A program made the position numbers and the translations under genes. Of a stretch of 64,000 bases of DNA, positions 20,766-30,000 are shown one piece after another. Position 1 is the first letter of the stretch; each line of letters opens with the position of its first letter. This DNA comes from Candidatus Sumerlaeia bacterium (lineage in GTDB: Bacteria; Sumerlaeota; Sumerlaeia; SLMS01; JANRJK01). The stretch covers positions 542,174 through 606,173 of the forward strand of contig JANRJK010000013.1 of NCBI GenBank assembly GCA_033764015.1. The letters are read 5' to 3'. Under the pieces are notes generated by a model. That model did no database searches and was not told where the DNA came from. It saw only the letters and a program-made list of their open reading frames with translations.

Positions 20766-21943
20766 AGCCGCGGAGCTGGCTGTTCTTCAACTACGAGTTC
20801 CCTCCCGTCGGTGGCGGCGGTGGAACGTGTTCGATGTACCTCGCGAAGGAGTTGGCGCGCGCCGGACACCGAGTCGTAGTGCTCACGGCCGCCTTCGGCG
20901 AGCTTCCGCGCCGCGAGGAGCGCGACGGCTACCTGGTCCGGCGCATCCCAGCGCTCCGGGCCATGGCGGGCCAGTGCCGCCCCTACGAAATGGCGAGCTA
21001 CGCCGCTTCCGCGTTCTTCTCGGCGCTCTTCCGCGGCCGCCGGCCCGACTATCTGGCCAGCTTCCATTCGATCCCGTCCGGCATGCCCGCGTGGCCGCTT
21101 TCGGTGCTCTGGGGCCGCCCGCACTTCGTCCTGTTCCAAGGCGGCGATGTGCCCGGCTGGCTGCCAGGGGAACTCGAGAAGATGCACGCCCGCACGCTTT
21201 GGCTGAACCGCCTCATCGTGCACCAGTCGGCGCTCGCGCTGGCGAACAGCGACGGCCTGCGGGACTTGGCCCAGCCTTCGTTCCCGAAGAAGCGCATCGG
21301 CGTCCTGTACGGCGGCGCCGATCCCGATGTTTACGCCCCCCCGGAGTCCCCCCGCGAGGGGCGGACAGGCCCCTGCCGCTTCCTCTTCGTTGGACGCCTA
21401 ACCACACAGAAGGGGCTCGACACGCTCTTGCGCGCGCTCGCCGCGGCGCGGCGCGAGGACCCAGGCCTCGAGTGGTCCCTGGACGTCGCGGGCGACGGAC
21501 CGCGGCGCGGCGAGTTCGAGGAGATCGCGCGCCGCGAGTCGCTCACGGACCGCGTCGTGTTCCACGGGTTCGTCGACCGGTCGCAGGGGCGCCTGCTTTA
21601 CGACGCGGCGGACGTGTTCGCGTTCCCGTCGCGCTACGAGGGGATGCCGAACGTGGTGCTCGAGGCGATGGCCTGCGGGTTGCCGGTGATCGGCACGCGG
21701 ATCGCGGGGACGGAGCAGCTCGTCGAGCCCGGAGTGAACGGCGAACTGCTGGCGGTGGACGACACGGGGGCGCTCGCCGGGGCGTGTCTCCGCTTGGCCC
21801 GCGACCGCGCGCTCCGGACCAAGATGGGCGGGGCGTCGCGGGCGCTCGTGCTGGAGAAGTGGACTTGGGCCGCCCGCGCGGCCGAGCTGGCGCGCCTCGC
21901 GGAAGCGGAAGGCCGCGCGCACCGACAAGGAGCGGAACGATGA
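20762..21943 (+). CDS. GT4 (GT-B fold) glycosyltransferase
   Basis: GT-B motifs GGGGTCSMYLAKELARAGHRV and FAFPSRYEGMPNVVLEAMACGLPVI...TEQLVEPGVNG. GTG start overlaps the upstream stop. Confidence 0.8.
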   Translation: MKPRSWLFFNYEFPPVGGGGGTCSMYLAKELARAGHRVVVLTAAFGELPRREERDGYLVRRIPALRAMAGQCRPYEMASYAASAFFSALFRGRRPDYLASFHSIPSGMPAWPLSVLWGRPHFVLFQGGDVPGWLPGELEKMHARTLWLNRLIVHQSALALANSDGLRDLAQPSFPKKRIGVLYGGADPDVYAPPESPREGRTGPCRFLFVGRLTTQKGLDTLLRALAAARREDPGLEWSLDVAGDGPRRGEFEEIARRESLTDRVVFHGFVDRSQGRLLYDAADVFAFPSRYEGMPNVVLEAMACGLPVIGTRIAGTEQLVEPGVNGELLAVDDTGALAGACLRLARDRALRTKMGGASRALVLEKWTWAARAAELARLAEAEGRAHRQGAER

Positions 21944-22707
21944 AGGGCGTCGTACTTGCGGGCGGGCTCGGCACACGCCTCTACCCGCTCACGAAGATCA
22001 CGAACAAGCACCTGCTGCCGGTCTACAACCGGCCGATGATCCACTGGCCGCTCCTCGCGCTGGTCGAAGCCGGCGTGCAGGACATCATGATCGTCACCGG
22101 CGGCAGCTTCGCCGGCGCCTTCCTCCAGCTCCTCGGGAACGGGCGGGAATTCGGCCTCCGCGACATCCACTACACCTACCAGGAAGGCGAAGGCGGCATC
22201 GCCGAGGCGCTCTCCCTCGCGGAGCACTTCGTCGACGGCGACCGCGTGGTCGTCATCCTGGGCGACAACATCTTCGAGCACTCGATCCGCCCCTACGCCG
22301 ACGCCTTCGCGGCGCAGAAGAGCGGCGCGCGCATCGTGCTCTCCGAGGTCCCCGACCCGCAGCGCTTCGGCGTCCCCGCCTTCGACGCGAACAAGCGGAT
22401 CACCAACATCATCGAAAAGCCCACGCAGCCCCCCAGCAACTACGCGGTCGCCGGCATCTACATGTACGACGAGTACGTCTGGGAAGTGATCCGCACGCTG
22501 AAGCCGTCGGACCGCGGGGAACTGGAAATCACCGACGTGAACAACGCGTACCTGCGGCGCGGCGACCTGGAGTACTCCGTGATGAAGGGCTGGTGGACCG
22601 ACGCCGGCACCTTCGACAGCCTCCTTTCCGCCAGCCACAAGGTGCACGACCGCGAGGCGAAGGAGCCCTTCGCCAAGTTCCTCCGCACGGAGCACCGCGA
22701 CGGCTGA
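21940..22707 (+). CDS. Sugar-phosphate nucleotidyltransferase (RmlA/glucose-1-phosphate thymidylyltransferase-like)
   Basis: MKGVVLAGGLGTRLYPLTKITNKHLLPVYNRPMIHWPL matches the RmlA N-terminus. ATG after AAGGAG, overlapping the GT4 stop. Confidence 0.8.
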   Translation: MKGVVLAGGLGTRLYPLTKITNKHLLPVYNRPMIHWPLLALVEAGVQDIMIVTGGSFAGAFLQLLGNGREFGLRDIHYTYQEGEGGIAEALSLAEHFVDGDRVVVILGDNIFEHSIRPYADAFAAQKSGARIVLSEVPDPQRFGVPAFDANKRITNIIEKPTQPPSNYAVAGIYMYDEYVWEVIRTLKPSDRGELEITDVNNAYLRRGDLEYSVMKGWWTDAGTFDSLLSASHKVHDREAKEPFAKFLRTEHRDG

Positions 22708-22840
22708 CCCCGCCGCCCCCGCCGGGGCGCCCGGGGCGCCGCTGCGGCTCGGCTTCTCGCTCGCGCCGGGAGCGCTTTCGCGCGAGGCGTTCCTGCGCCT
22801 CGCCGAGCCCGTCCTGCGCCGGTGCGGCATCGCGTGCTGG

Positions 22841-24169
22841 GTGCTCGTCCCGCCTGCGCACGCGGACGTCGTGGTCGCGTACGGCGAGCGCGCCTACTCG
22901 CCTTCCGACCGGCCGGCGATCCGCTTCCTCCACGTCGACACTTCGCTCGCGCCGGGCGGCATGCGCGACACCGCGCGGCGATTCCTCGCCCGTGTCGCCC
23001 CCGCTCCCGACGCCGCCGCGATCCGGCCGCTGCTCTTCCACGGCGACACCCACGTCTCGCGGGCGGCCTTCGACCTCTTCGCCATCGCGCGCTGGATCCT
23101 CGACCGCGAAGAGGAGCGCGACGCCCGCGCATCCGACGAACACGGGCGCTACCCGCCGGAGGAATCGGTCCTCGCCAGGGCGGGCCTGCTGGACCGCCCG
23201 GTCGTCGACGAATGCTGCCATGCCTTCGGGCTCGAGCTGTGGCGCCTCGCCGGACGCCCGGCGTCGGCGTCCCCGGCGGGGGAGTGGACGCTCTCCGTCA
23301 CCCTCGATGTGGACTCCGACGGCATGTTCCTCGGGCGACGCGGGCTGCGCACCATTCGCGACGCGGCAACGACGACCGGCCCCGGCCTCACCCGCGTGGC
23401 GCTCGCCGGCGCGCTCACGCTCGCGCGCCTGCGCCCCGACCCGCATCTCAGGATCGGCGAACTCTCCGAGCAACTCGCCGCCCTCGGCGTCCCCGCGACG
23501 TTCTTCGTGCAGACGCACCGCGCGCACGCGCTCGACAGCTACGCTCTGACGGCGGGATCGCCGCTGCTGCCGCCGCTCCGCCGCGCGCGCGCCCTCGGGC
23601 ACGACATCGCCCTCCATTCAAGCGCTGCCGGCCTCGACGGCGGCCCAAGCCTCGCCGCCCAGTTCCGCCGCCTACGCGCCCGTGGTCTCGACCCAGCCCC
23701 GCTGGTGCGCGCCCACTACCTTCGGACCCGCGCCCATGGCGCGTGGACGGCCACGCCCCTCGCCGACAGCAGTCTTGCCTACGGCGCGCGCTGCGGATTC
23801 CGCACCGGCACGTGCACCCCGCACCGCCTCCCCGCCTCCCATGCCGACGGCGGATGGGAACTGCCTCCGTGCGCAATGGACAGCACGCTGCGCCACTTCG
23901 AGAACCTCGGCCCCGAATCAGCCTTCAAACGGATGACCGCCCTCCTGGAACGGGTTCGGGCCCTGGGAGGACTTGGCGTCTTGATCGTCCATCCGCAAAA
24001 CCTCGAACCGCTCTTCTGGCCGGGCTGGCGCGAGCTGCTGGTGGACGTGGTGCAGTGGGCAGTGGAGAACGGCGCGCGTATTGCTTCACTCCCAAAGGCG
24101 CTCGCCGAAGCGAAGGAAACCCGCCGAGAGACCCTGCGCCGACTGAATGGGGACGTGCTCGGAGTGTAA
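22841..24169 (+). CDS. Polysaccharide deacetylase-like (CE4-type) protein with N-terminal extension
   Basis: CE4-like motifs TLDVDSDG and HDIALHSSAAG. 442 aa. GTG start as called by the ORF track. Start is uncertain. Confidence 0.55.
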   Translation: MLVPPAHADVVVAYGERAYSPSDRPAIRFLHVDTSLAPGGMRDTARRFLARVAPAPDAAAIRPLLFHGDTHVSRAAFDLFAIARWILDREEERDARASDEHGRYPPEESVLARAGLLDRPVVDECCHAFGLELWRLAGRPASASPAGEWTLSVTLDVDSDGMFLGRRGLRTIRDAATTTGPGLTRVALAGALTLARLRPDPHLRIGELSEQLAALGVPATFFVQTHRAHALDSYALTAGSPLLPPLRRARALGHDIALHSSAAGLDGGPSLAAQFRRLRARGLDPAPLVRAHYLRTRAHGAWTATPLADSSLAYGARCGFRTGTCTPHRLPASHADGGWELPPCAMDSTLRHFENLGPESAFKRMTALLERVRALGGLGVLIVHPQNLEPLFWPGWRELLVDVVQWAVENGARIASLPKALAEAKETRRETLRRLNGDVLGV

Positions 24170-24276
24170 TGGAAGTCGTCCGGCCGGAAGCCCGCACTCC
24201 GTTTTCGACTTTGACTTCCAACCAGCCGGCGGGGTTTGACACTACTAAGCGGATCCGGGCGAAAGGAGTCCCCACG

Positions 24277-25122
24277 ATGCGGCTTCGGCACCTCACCAGC
24301 TTCCTCTTGGCGACATCGGCAGCGGCCGCCTTGAGCGCCCCGCTCTTCGCGAACACGACCAATACCGCGCCCGAGGCCCAGCACTCCCTCGTCCGCGCGA
24401 CGCCCACGCCCGCTTCCCTCGGCAACGCCGCCGAGGACACCGATGGCGACGGGATCCCGGATGGCGTCGATTGCTGCCCCTACGTCTACAATCCGGACCA
24501 GGCGGACTTGGATGGCGACGGGTTCGGCAACGTCTGCGACGACGATGCGGATGGCGATGGCGTTCGGAACGCTTTGGACAACTGCCCGCTGGTCGCGAAC
24601 CCGAACCAGATGGACCGCGACCGCGATGGCCTTGGCGATCTGTGCGACGACGACGCGGATGGCGACGGCATCGTCAATTGGGTGGACCAGTACCCCTTCG
24701 ATTCCCGGCCGGAAGGTCCCGACGGCGCCCGGAACGACGGCGCCTCCGTGATGGCGGACCTGCGCGGAGCCCTCGGACAGGACGCACTCGTGAGGCTCGT
24801 CCTGCCGGACGGGGCACGCGCGCCGGAGCTCCCGAACCTCAACCTCGTCAGCGACCGCCCTGCGGCGGAGCAGGCCCGCGCCCGCGCCCTCCAATACGAG
24901 GCGCTCCGCCTGCACCTCCAGGCTTGGCGCTTCGAGAACGCAGCGGAGGCGCCGCCCGCTGAGGGATTTGCGCGCCGCGAGGCCGCCGCGACCGCCAGCG
25001 GACCCACGCTCCCCGAGCTGCCGCGCACCGGAATCAAGGCGCGCCTCGGCGGACTCTGGGATGATGTGACTTCCGCGGCGTCCTTCGTCCGCCGTTCCCT
25101 AGACACCGACCACCGCTTCTAG
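24277..25122 (+). CDS. Secreted thrombospondin type-3 repeat (calcium-binding) protein
   Basis: Signal peptide, then repeated DxDxDGxxDxxD units (DTDGDGIPDGVDCCPYVYNPDQADLDGDGFGNVCDDDADGDGVRNALDNCPLVANPNQMDRDRDGLGDLCDDDADGDG). ATG after AAAGGAG. Confidence 0.8.
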   Translation: MRLRHLTSFLLATSAAAALSAPLFANTTNTAPEAQHSLVRATPTPASLGNAAEDTDGDGIPDGVDCCPYVYNPDQADLDGDGFGNVCDDDADGDGVRNALDNCPLVANPNQMDRDRDGLGDLCDDDADGDGIVNWVDQYPFDSRPEGPDGARNDGASVMADLRGALGQDALVRLVLPDGARAPELPNLNLVSDRPAAEQARARALQYEALRLHLQAWRFENAAEAPPAEGFARREAAATASGPTLPELPRTGIKARLGGLWDDVTSAASFVRRSLDTDHRF

Positions 25123-25139
25123 CCGCATCCAGACTGGCC

Positions 25140-25169
25140 AAATCCCCGGGACGAGAGCCCCGGGGATTT
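25140..25169 (+). terminator. Hairpin terminator after the TSP3 gene (aaatccccggg-acgagag-cccggggattt)
   Basis: Perfect 11-bp stem read directly, 18 nt after the stop. Confidence 0.55.
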
Positions 25170-25291
25170 CCGCCTTGTCCGATAATGGTTGAGTGGCCGG
25201 AGCGCTTGTGCATCATGGGGTCCGAGTGAAGACACGCACAGGGCACGCGTGAGACGCGCCCGCATCCGAATTCCCCAAGGAGTCCCCACCC

Positions 25292-25639
25292 ATGGCCGAC
25301 CAGGAACTGGCAGTCACCCCCGAGATCATCGAGAACGGCCACGCATCGAGCATGGCGGACAAGGCGGCGGCCGCGCGCGAGCGGGCCCGCAAGGCCGCCG
25401 AATCGCTGAAGGAGAAGGCCGCCGAGACGGCGCATGTCGTTCGCGAGCGCGCCCATGAAGTCGCCGAAAAGGCGACGCATCAGGCGCAGGAAGCGTGGGA
25501 AGTCGTCAGCGACACTTCGCTTCGCGACGTCGAGGCCGCCACGACGAAGTATGTCCGCGCGCACCCGGGCCGCAGCCTCCTCATGGCCGCCGGCGTGGGT
25601 CTGGTCGCCGGCCTCCTGATCGCCGGTCGCCGCCGCTAG
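25292..25639 (+). CDS. ElaB/YqjD-family (DUF883) C-tail-anchored membrane protein
   Basis: Helical stress-protein-like N-terminus and a C-terminal TM anchor (LLMAAGVGLVAGLLIAGRRR). ATG after AAGGAG. Confidence 0.75.
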   Translation: MADQELAVTPEIIENGHASSMADKAAAARERARKAAESLKEKAAETAHVVRERAHEVAEKATHQAQEAWEVVSDTSLRDVEAATTKYVRAHPGRSLLMAAGVGLVAGLLIAGRRR

Positions 25640-25645
25640 GCGACG

Positions 25646-26068
25646 ATGAACAATCAGCCCACCGGTGCGGGGGCCGATCCGGCCCCCGCACCGAACGCCG
25701 CGCTCCCCGGCGCGGACCGCGCTGGTTCGCCCGAAGCGGAGCGGCTCCTCGCGGAACTGCGCGCGCTCCTCCGCGAGGTCGCGCCTCTGCGGGACGACTT
25801 GGTTGCGTACCTGCGCGCGGAGGGGCGCCTCGCCGCGTTCGTGGCCGCGGAGAAGGCCCGCCTCGGTGCTCTCCGGTTCGGGCTGGGCGCGGCCGCCGCG
25901 GTTTGCCTGCTAGTCTGCTGGGTCTTCCTTGGCGTGCTGCTTTGGCGCGCGGCGGGGTTGGTTCCCGGCTGGCGGCTGCTTCAGCCCGCCGTCCTGATCG
26001 CCCAGCATGCGGTCGCCGCCGGATGGGCGCTCAGGGTCGCATCGAAGCTCCATTTGAAAGAGGATTAG
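25646..26068 (+). CDS. YqjE-like (DUF1469) membrane protein
   Basis: 140 aa with two TM segments. It sits in the position of yqjE in the elaB/yqjD-yqjE-yqjK arrangement. Confidence 0.55.
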   Translation: MNNQPTGAGADPAPAPNAALPGADRAGSPEAERLLAELRALLREVAPLRDDLVAYLRAEGRLAAFVAAEKARLGALRFGLGAAAAVCLLVCWVFLGVLLWRAAGLVPGWRLLQPAVLIAQHAVAAGWALRVASKLHLKED

Positions 26069-26072
26069 CGCC

Positions 26073-26381
26073 ATGCCGCTTTCGGTCCGCCAAGCCGAGT
26101 ACCTGAAGCTGCGCGACGAGGCGGTCGCGGGCCGCGCGCGGCTCGAGGGCCACCGCGCACCGCTCGCGGAGCGATGCCGCTCAACCGCGGGAGCCGCCCG
26201 CGAGGCGGCCGAAGCCCATCCGGTGGCGGCGGTTGCGATCACCGCAGGCGCGGGTCTGGTGGTCGCGGCGCTGCTGACGTCGCCGACCATCCGGCGAGGC
26301 GCGGGACTTCTCGGCACCGGCCTGCTGCGGCTGCCGAAGGCGGGTCTGCTGGGCTTGCTGGCGGCCGGGCGCGACGACTAG
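26073..26381 (+). CDS. YqjK-like small protein
   Basis: 102 aa with a hydrophobic C-terminus. Third gene of the putative operon. Confidence 0.45.
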   Translation: MPLSVRQAEYLKLRDEAVAGRARLEGHRAPLAERCRSTAGAAREAAEAHPVAAVAITAGAGLVVAALLTSPTIRRGAGLLGTGLLRLPKAGLLGLLAAGRDD

Positions 26382-27253
26382 TCCGCGCGGACGCCCTCGA
26401 CAAGCACGCGGCGGCGGAAGTCCTCCAGCAGCCGCTTCATCACGGGGCCCGCGGATCCATTGCCGATCACCCGGCCATCGAGCTTGGTGACCGGCATGAT
26501 TTCCGCCCCCGTGCCCGTGAGGAACATCTCGTCCGCCACGTAGCAGTCGTATTGCGTGAGGCGCTCCTCGCGATGGGCGATGCCGAGCGCCGCCGCGATC
26601 TCGAGCACCGTCCGCCGCGTGATCCCCGGCAGCGCGCCCTGATACAGCGGCGGAGTCCGCAGCAGTCCGTCCTTCACTGTGAACACGTTGGCGGCGGTCG
26701 CCTCGACGATGTAGCCGTTGCGGTCCAGCATGAGGGCGTCGTTCGCCCCGGCGTTGTTCGCCTCGATCTTCGCCAGCACGTTGTTGAGGTAGTTCAGGGA
26801 CTTCACCCGCGGGCTGAAGTTGTCGGGGCCGACGCGCCTGGTTGAGGCGGTGACCACGGCGATCCCGGTGCTGTAGAGTTCGGCGGGGTAGAGGGCGATC
26901 TTGTCGGCGATGATGAACAGCGACGATTCCTTCGACTTCTTCGGATCGATCCCGAGGTCGCCCACGCCGCGCGTCACGACCGTGCGGATGTAGCAGTCCT
27001 TGAAGCCGTTGCGGCGGACCGTCTCCACATGGGCGGCCTCGAGCGCGGCGCGCTCGACCGGGATCCGCAGGAGGATCGCCTTCGCCGAGTCGTACAGCCG
27101 GTCTAGGTGCTGCCCCAGCCGGAAGATGTTCCCGCTGTAGACGCGGGTGCCTTCGAACACGCCGTCGCCGTAGAGGATGGCGTGGTCGAACACGCTGATC
27201 TTCGCGTCCTCCCGCGAGAGGTACTGTCCGTCGAGGTAGATGGTGAGGCTCAT
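26378..27253 (-). CDS. ilvE: Branched-chain amino acid aminotransferase
   Basis: Class IV aminotransferase motifs DHAILYGDGVFEGTRVY and EATAANVFTVKDGLLRTPP. Start trimmed to the ATG at 27253 (MSLTIYLDG). Confidence 0.85.
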   Translation of the reverse strand: MSLTIYLDGQYLSREDAKISVFDHAILYGDGVFEGTRVYSGNIFRLGQHLDRLYDSAKAILLRIPVERAALEAAHVETVRRNGFKDCYIRTVVTRGVGDLGIDPKKSKESSLFIIADKIALYPAELYSTGIAVVTASTRRVGPDNFSPRVKSLNYLNNVLAKIEANNAGANDALMLDRNGYIVEATAANVFTVKDGLLRTPPLYQGALPGITRRTVLEIAAALGIAHREERLTQYDCYVADEMFLTGTGAEIMPVTKLDGRVIGNGSAGPVMKRLLEDFRRRVLVEGVRAD

Positions 27254-27353
27254 GGGCGTGCGCGCTCCTTCCGCTCCGTGTCGTTCGCGCGGAGTGAAGC
27301 GGTTTAGAGGCCGCCGCCGCAAGTTCAAGATGTTGAACGCGAGTTAGGCGCCC

Positions 27354-29750
27354 CTAAAGCGCCCGCGCGGTGCGTTCCACGGAGCGCACTTCCGGTAGCG
27401 CCATCAGGTCGTCCAGCACCGCTTGCAGCTGGTCGAGGTTGTGGACCTGCACGCCGAGGCGCAGGTAGGCCGTCTTGGTCTCCTGGTTGGTGCGCGTGTT
27501 GCAGTTGTCGATGTAGACTTGGTGCTTGGCGAAGACGCCGGTGACGGCGTTGAGGAGGCCGGAGCGGTCTCCCGCCTCGATCATGAGAGGCACCACCCGC
27601 ACGTCGTTGTCGATGTCGCCGCTCCAGGAGGCGGAGAGGACGCGGGCGGTTTCGTCCGCCTCGCCTTGGTTACGCTCGAGTGTCGAACAGGATTCGCGGT
27701 GGATGCTGATGCCCCGCCCGCGGGTGACGAAGGCGACGATCTTCTCGCCGGGGATCGGGTGGCAGCAGGAGGCCAGCCGGTAGGGTATCTCGCTATCCTC
27801 CATGCCCTCGATGACGACGGTGTTCGCCTTCCCCTTGCGGGCGCCCTTGTGGCGCTTCACCTGCTTCTCGACGTGCTTGGGGAAGAGGCGCGCGAAGATC
27901 GCCTGAGCGCTGAGCTGCTTGAATCCGATGTCGACGAGCAGATCGTCCCCGGCGGGGTAGCGCATCTCCTTCGCGAGCTTCCCGAGCGCCGCGTCGAACT
28001 CGCGCGTGGTCACCGTGAGGTTGTGCTCCTTGACGAGCCCCCAGACTTCCTTCGCGCCGCTCTCGATCCAGACGGCGCGCTCCTTCGACTTGAGCCAGCG
28101 CTGCACCTTGTTGCGCGCGCGCGGCGTCTTGACGAACTGGAGCCAGTCGCGGCTGGGGTGTCCGCTGCTGCTGGTGATGATGTCCACCACGTCGCCGTTC
28201 TTCAGTTCGGTGCGCAGGTTCACCATGCGCTTGTTGATCTTCGCTCCGACGCAGCGGAAACCGAGGTCGGTGTGCACCATGAAGGCGAAGTCGATCGGCG
28301 TGGCGCCGACCGGGAGCTCGTAGCAGTCGCCCTTCGGGGTGAAGCAGTAGACCACATCTTCGATGAGGGAGCCCTTGACGTTTTCGAGGAAGCTGGTGCC
28401 TTCCTCCCCCTCCTCGATGATCGAATTCACCAGCTCGCGGACGTAGTTGAGGGTGTTGCGGAACTGCTCGGCGTTGGTCGTGCCGGCGGGGGCGCGGTCT
28501 TCCTTCTTGGCCTGCTCCTTGTACATCCAGTGCGCGGCGATGCCGTACTCCGCGTGGCGGTGCATCTCGAGCGTGCGGATCTGCACCTCGGTCACCTCGC
28601 CCTCGGCGCCGATCACGGTGGTGTGGAGCGACTGGTACCCGTTGTTCTTCGGGTTCGAGATGTAGTCCTTCAGCCGCCCGGGCAGCGGGCGGAACAGGTC
28701 GTGGATCTCGCCTAGGATGCGGTAGCACTGCTCCTTTTCCATGCACACGATGCGGATCGCGTTCAGGTCGTAGATCTCGTCGAAGGAGAGGCCCTGCGTG
28801 GCCATCTTCTTGTGGATCGAGTAGAAGTGCTTGGAGCGGCCGTAGATGACGACGCCGGGGAACTTGGGTTCGAGTCGCGCCTTGAGGCCGTTGATGGCGG
28901 CGTTGACGAGCGCCTCGCGCTCGCGGGCCTTGAGCTGCACCTTCGACTTCAGGCTGCGGTACTCGTCCGGGGAGATCCAGCGCATCGCGGAGTCTTCGAG
29001 CTCGCGCTTGATGCGGGTGATGCCGAGGCGACCGGCGAGGGGGGCGAAGATGTCCAGGGTCTCGCGCGAGATCTCGATCCGCTTCTCCGGTCCCAAAGCC
29101 TTGAGGGTGCGCATGTTGTGGAGGCGGTCGCAGAGCTTGACGAGCACCACGCGGATGTCCTGCGCCATGGCGAGGAACAGCTTGCGGAGGTTTTCCGACT
29201 GCGCCTCCGTGCGCGTTTCGAACTTGATTCGGGAGATCTTGGTGACGCCGTCCACGATGCGGACCACGTCGTGCGGGAATTCGTCGCCGAGCTGGCGGGA
29301 GGTGACCTCGGTGTCTTCGAGGACGTCGTGCAGAAGGGCCGCCGCGATGCTGGCGCCGTCGAGATTGAGGTCGCCGACGAGGTGGGCGACCGCCAGCGGA
29401 TGCGTGATATAGGGTTCGCCGGTCGAGCGCTTCTGGTGACGGTGTGCGTGGGCGGCGACCTCGTGCGCGCGGCGGACCATGGCGCGGTCGGCCTCCGGGG
29501 TCAGGGCGAGCAGCGTCTCGACGGTCTGTAGCGCCTCCGCCTGCGGGGGCGACTCATGCGAATTGCCGATCTCCATGAGGAGTTCCGGCGGCAGCGCGAT
29601 GCCGGTGCTGGAGGTCCGCGTGAGGCTTCCCGAAATGGGAACGTCGCCCCCGTCGTCGGCGGCGGAGTGGCTCCCTTCCGCCGCGCCGTTGGTCGGAGCG
29701 GCGCCTTCCGTGCGGCGGGATTTGCTGGATCGGGACAGTGCGGACTCCAT
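27354..29750 (-). CDS. rel: Bifunctional (p)ppGpp synthetase/hydrolase (RelA/SpoT family)
   Basis: HD hydrolase (HPLAVAHLVGDL...LHDVLEDT), synthetase (SLHTTVIGAEGEVTEVQIRT), TGS, CC and ACT domains. The first roughly 58 codons are Ser/Gly/Ala-rich. An alternative start is at 29574. Confidence 0.9.
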   Translation of the reverse strand: MESALSRSSKSRRTEGAAPTNGAAEGSHSAADDGGDVPISGSLTRTSSTGIALPPELLMEIGNSHESPPQAEALQTVETLLALTPEADRAMVRRAHEVAAHAHRHQKRSTGEPYITHPLAVAHLVGDLNLDGASIAAALLHDVLEDTEVTSRQLGDEFPHDVVRIVDGVTKISRIKFETRTEAQSENLRKLFLAMAQDIRVVLVKLCDRLHNMRTLKALGPEKRIEISRETLDIFAPLAGRLGITRIKRELEDSAMRWISPDEYRSLKSKVQLKAREREALVNAAINGLKARLEPKFPGVVIYGRSKHFYSIHKKMATQGLSFDEIYDLNAIRIVCMEKEQCYRILGEIHDLFRPLPGRLKDYISNPKNNGYQSLHTTVIGAEGEVTEVQIRTLEMHRHAEYGIAAHWMYKEQAKKEDRAPAGTTNAEQFRNTLNYVRELVNSIIEEGEEGTSFLENVKGSLIEDVVYCFTPKGDCYELPVGATPIDFAFMVHTDLGFRCVGAKINKRMVNLRTELKNGDVVDIITSSSGHPSRDWLQFVKTPRARNKVQRWLKSKERAVWIESGAKEVWGLVKEHNLTVTTREFDAALGKLAKEMRYPAGDDLLVDIGFKQLSAQAIFARLFPKHVEKQVKRHKGARKGKANTVVIEGMEDSEIPYRLASCCHPIPGEKIVAFVTRGRGISIHRESCSTLERNQGEADETARVLSASWSGDIDNDVRVVPLMIEAGDRSGLLNAVTGVFAKHQVYIDNCNTRTNQETKTAYLRLGVQVHNLDQLQAVLDDLMALPEVRSVERTARAL

Positions 29751-29900
29751 CGGAAGAACCTCGATTCGGACCTTCTCGCGCGGAGCGATGAAACCCGTAA
29801 AGGGTTATCTCGGGATAAACCCCTTGCTTGGCGGGATCATGGGGCGCTTCGGTCGGCGGCGACGAGCGCTGGGGGAGGGCCCGGGGAGGTGTCGGCGGCA

Positions 29901-29917
29901 AGTAAAAAGATTTTACT
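29901..29917 (+). promoter_or_regulatory. AT-rich inverted repeat AGTAAAA-AGA-TTTTACT in the rel/LacI-family divergent intergenic region
   Basis: Perfect 7-bp arms. The local AT content is far above the genome background. A candidate operator. Confidence 0.4.
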
Positions 29918-30000
29918 AAAACCCTCAATTAGCGCTTGACCATCCCGACCCGCCGGTGGGCACCTTGACCGTAGGCCAAGGCAGAGAGGAATCAGCGCCG

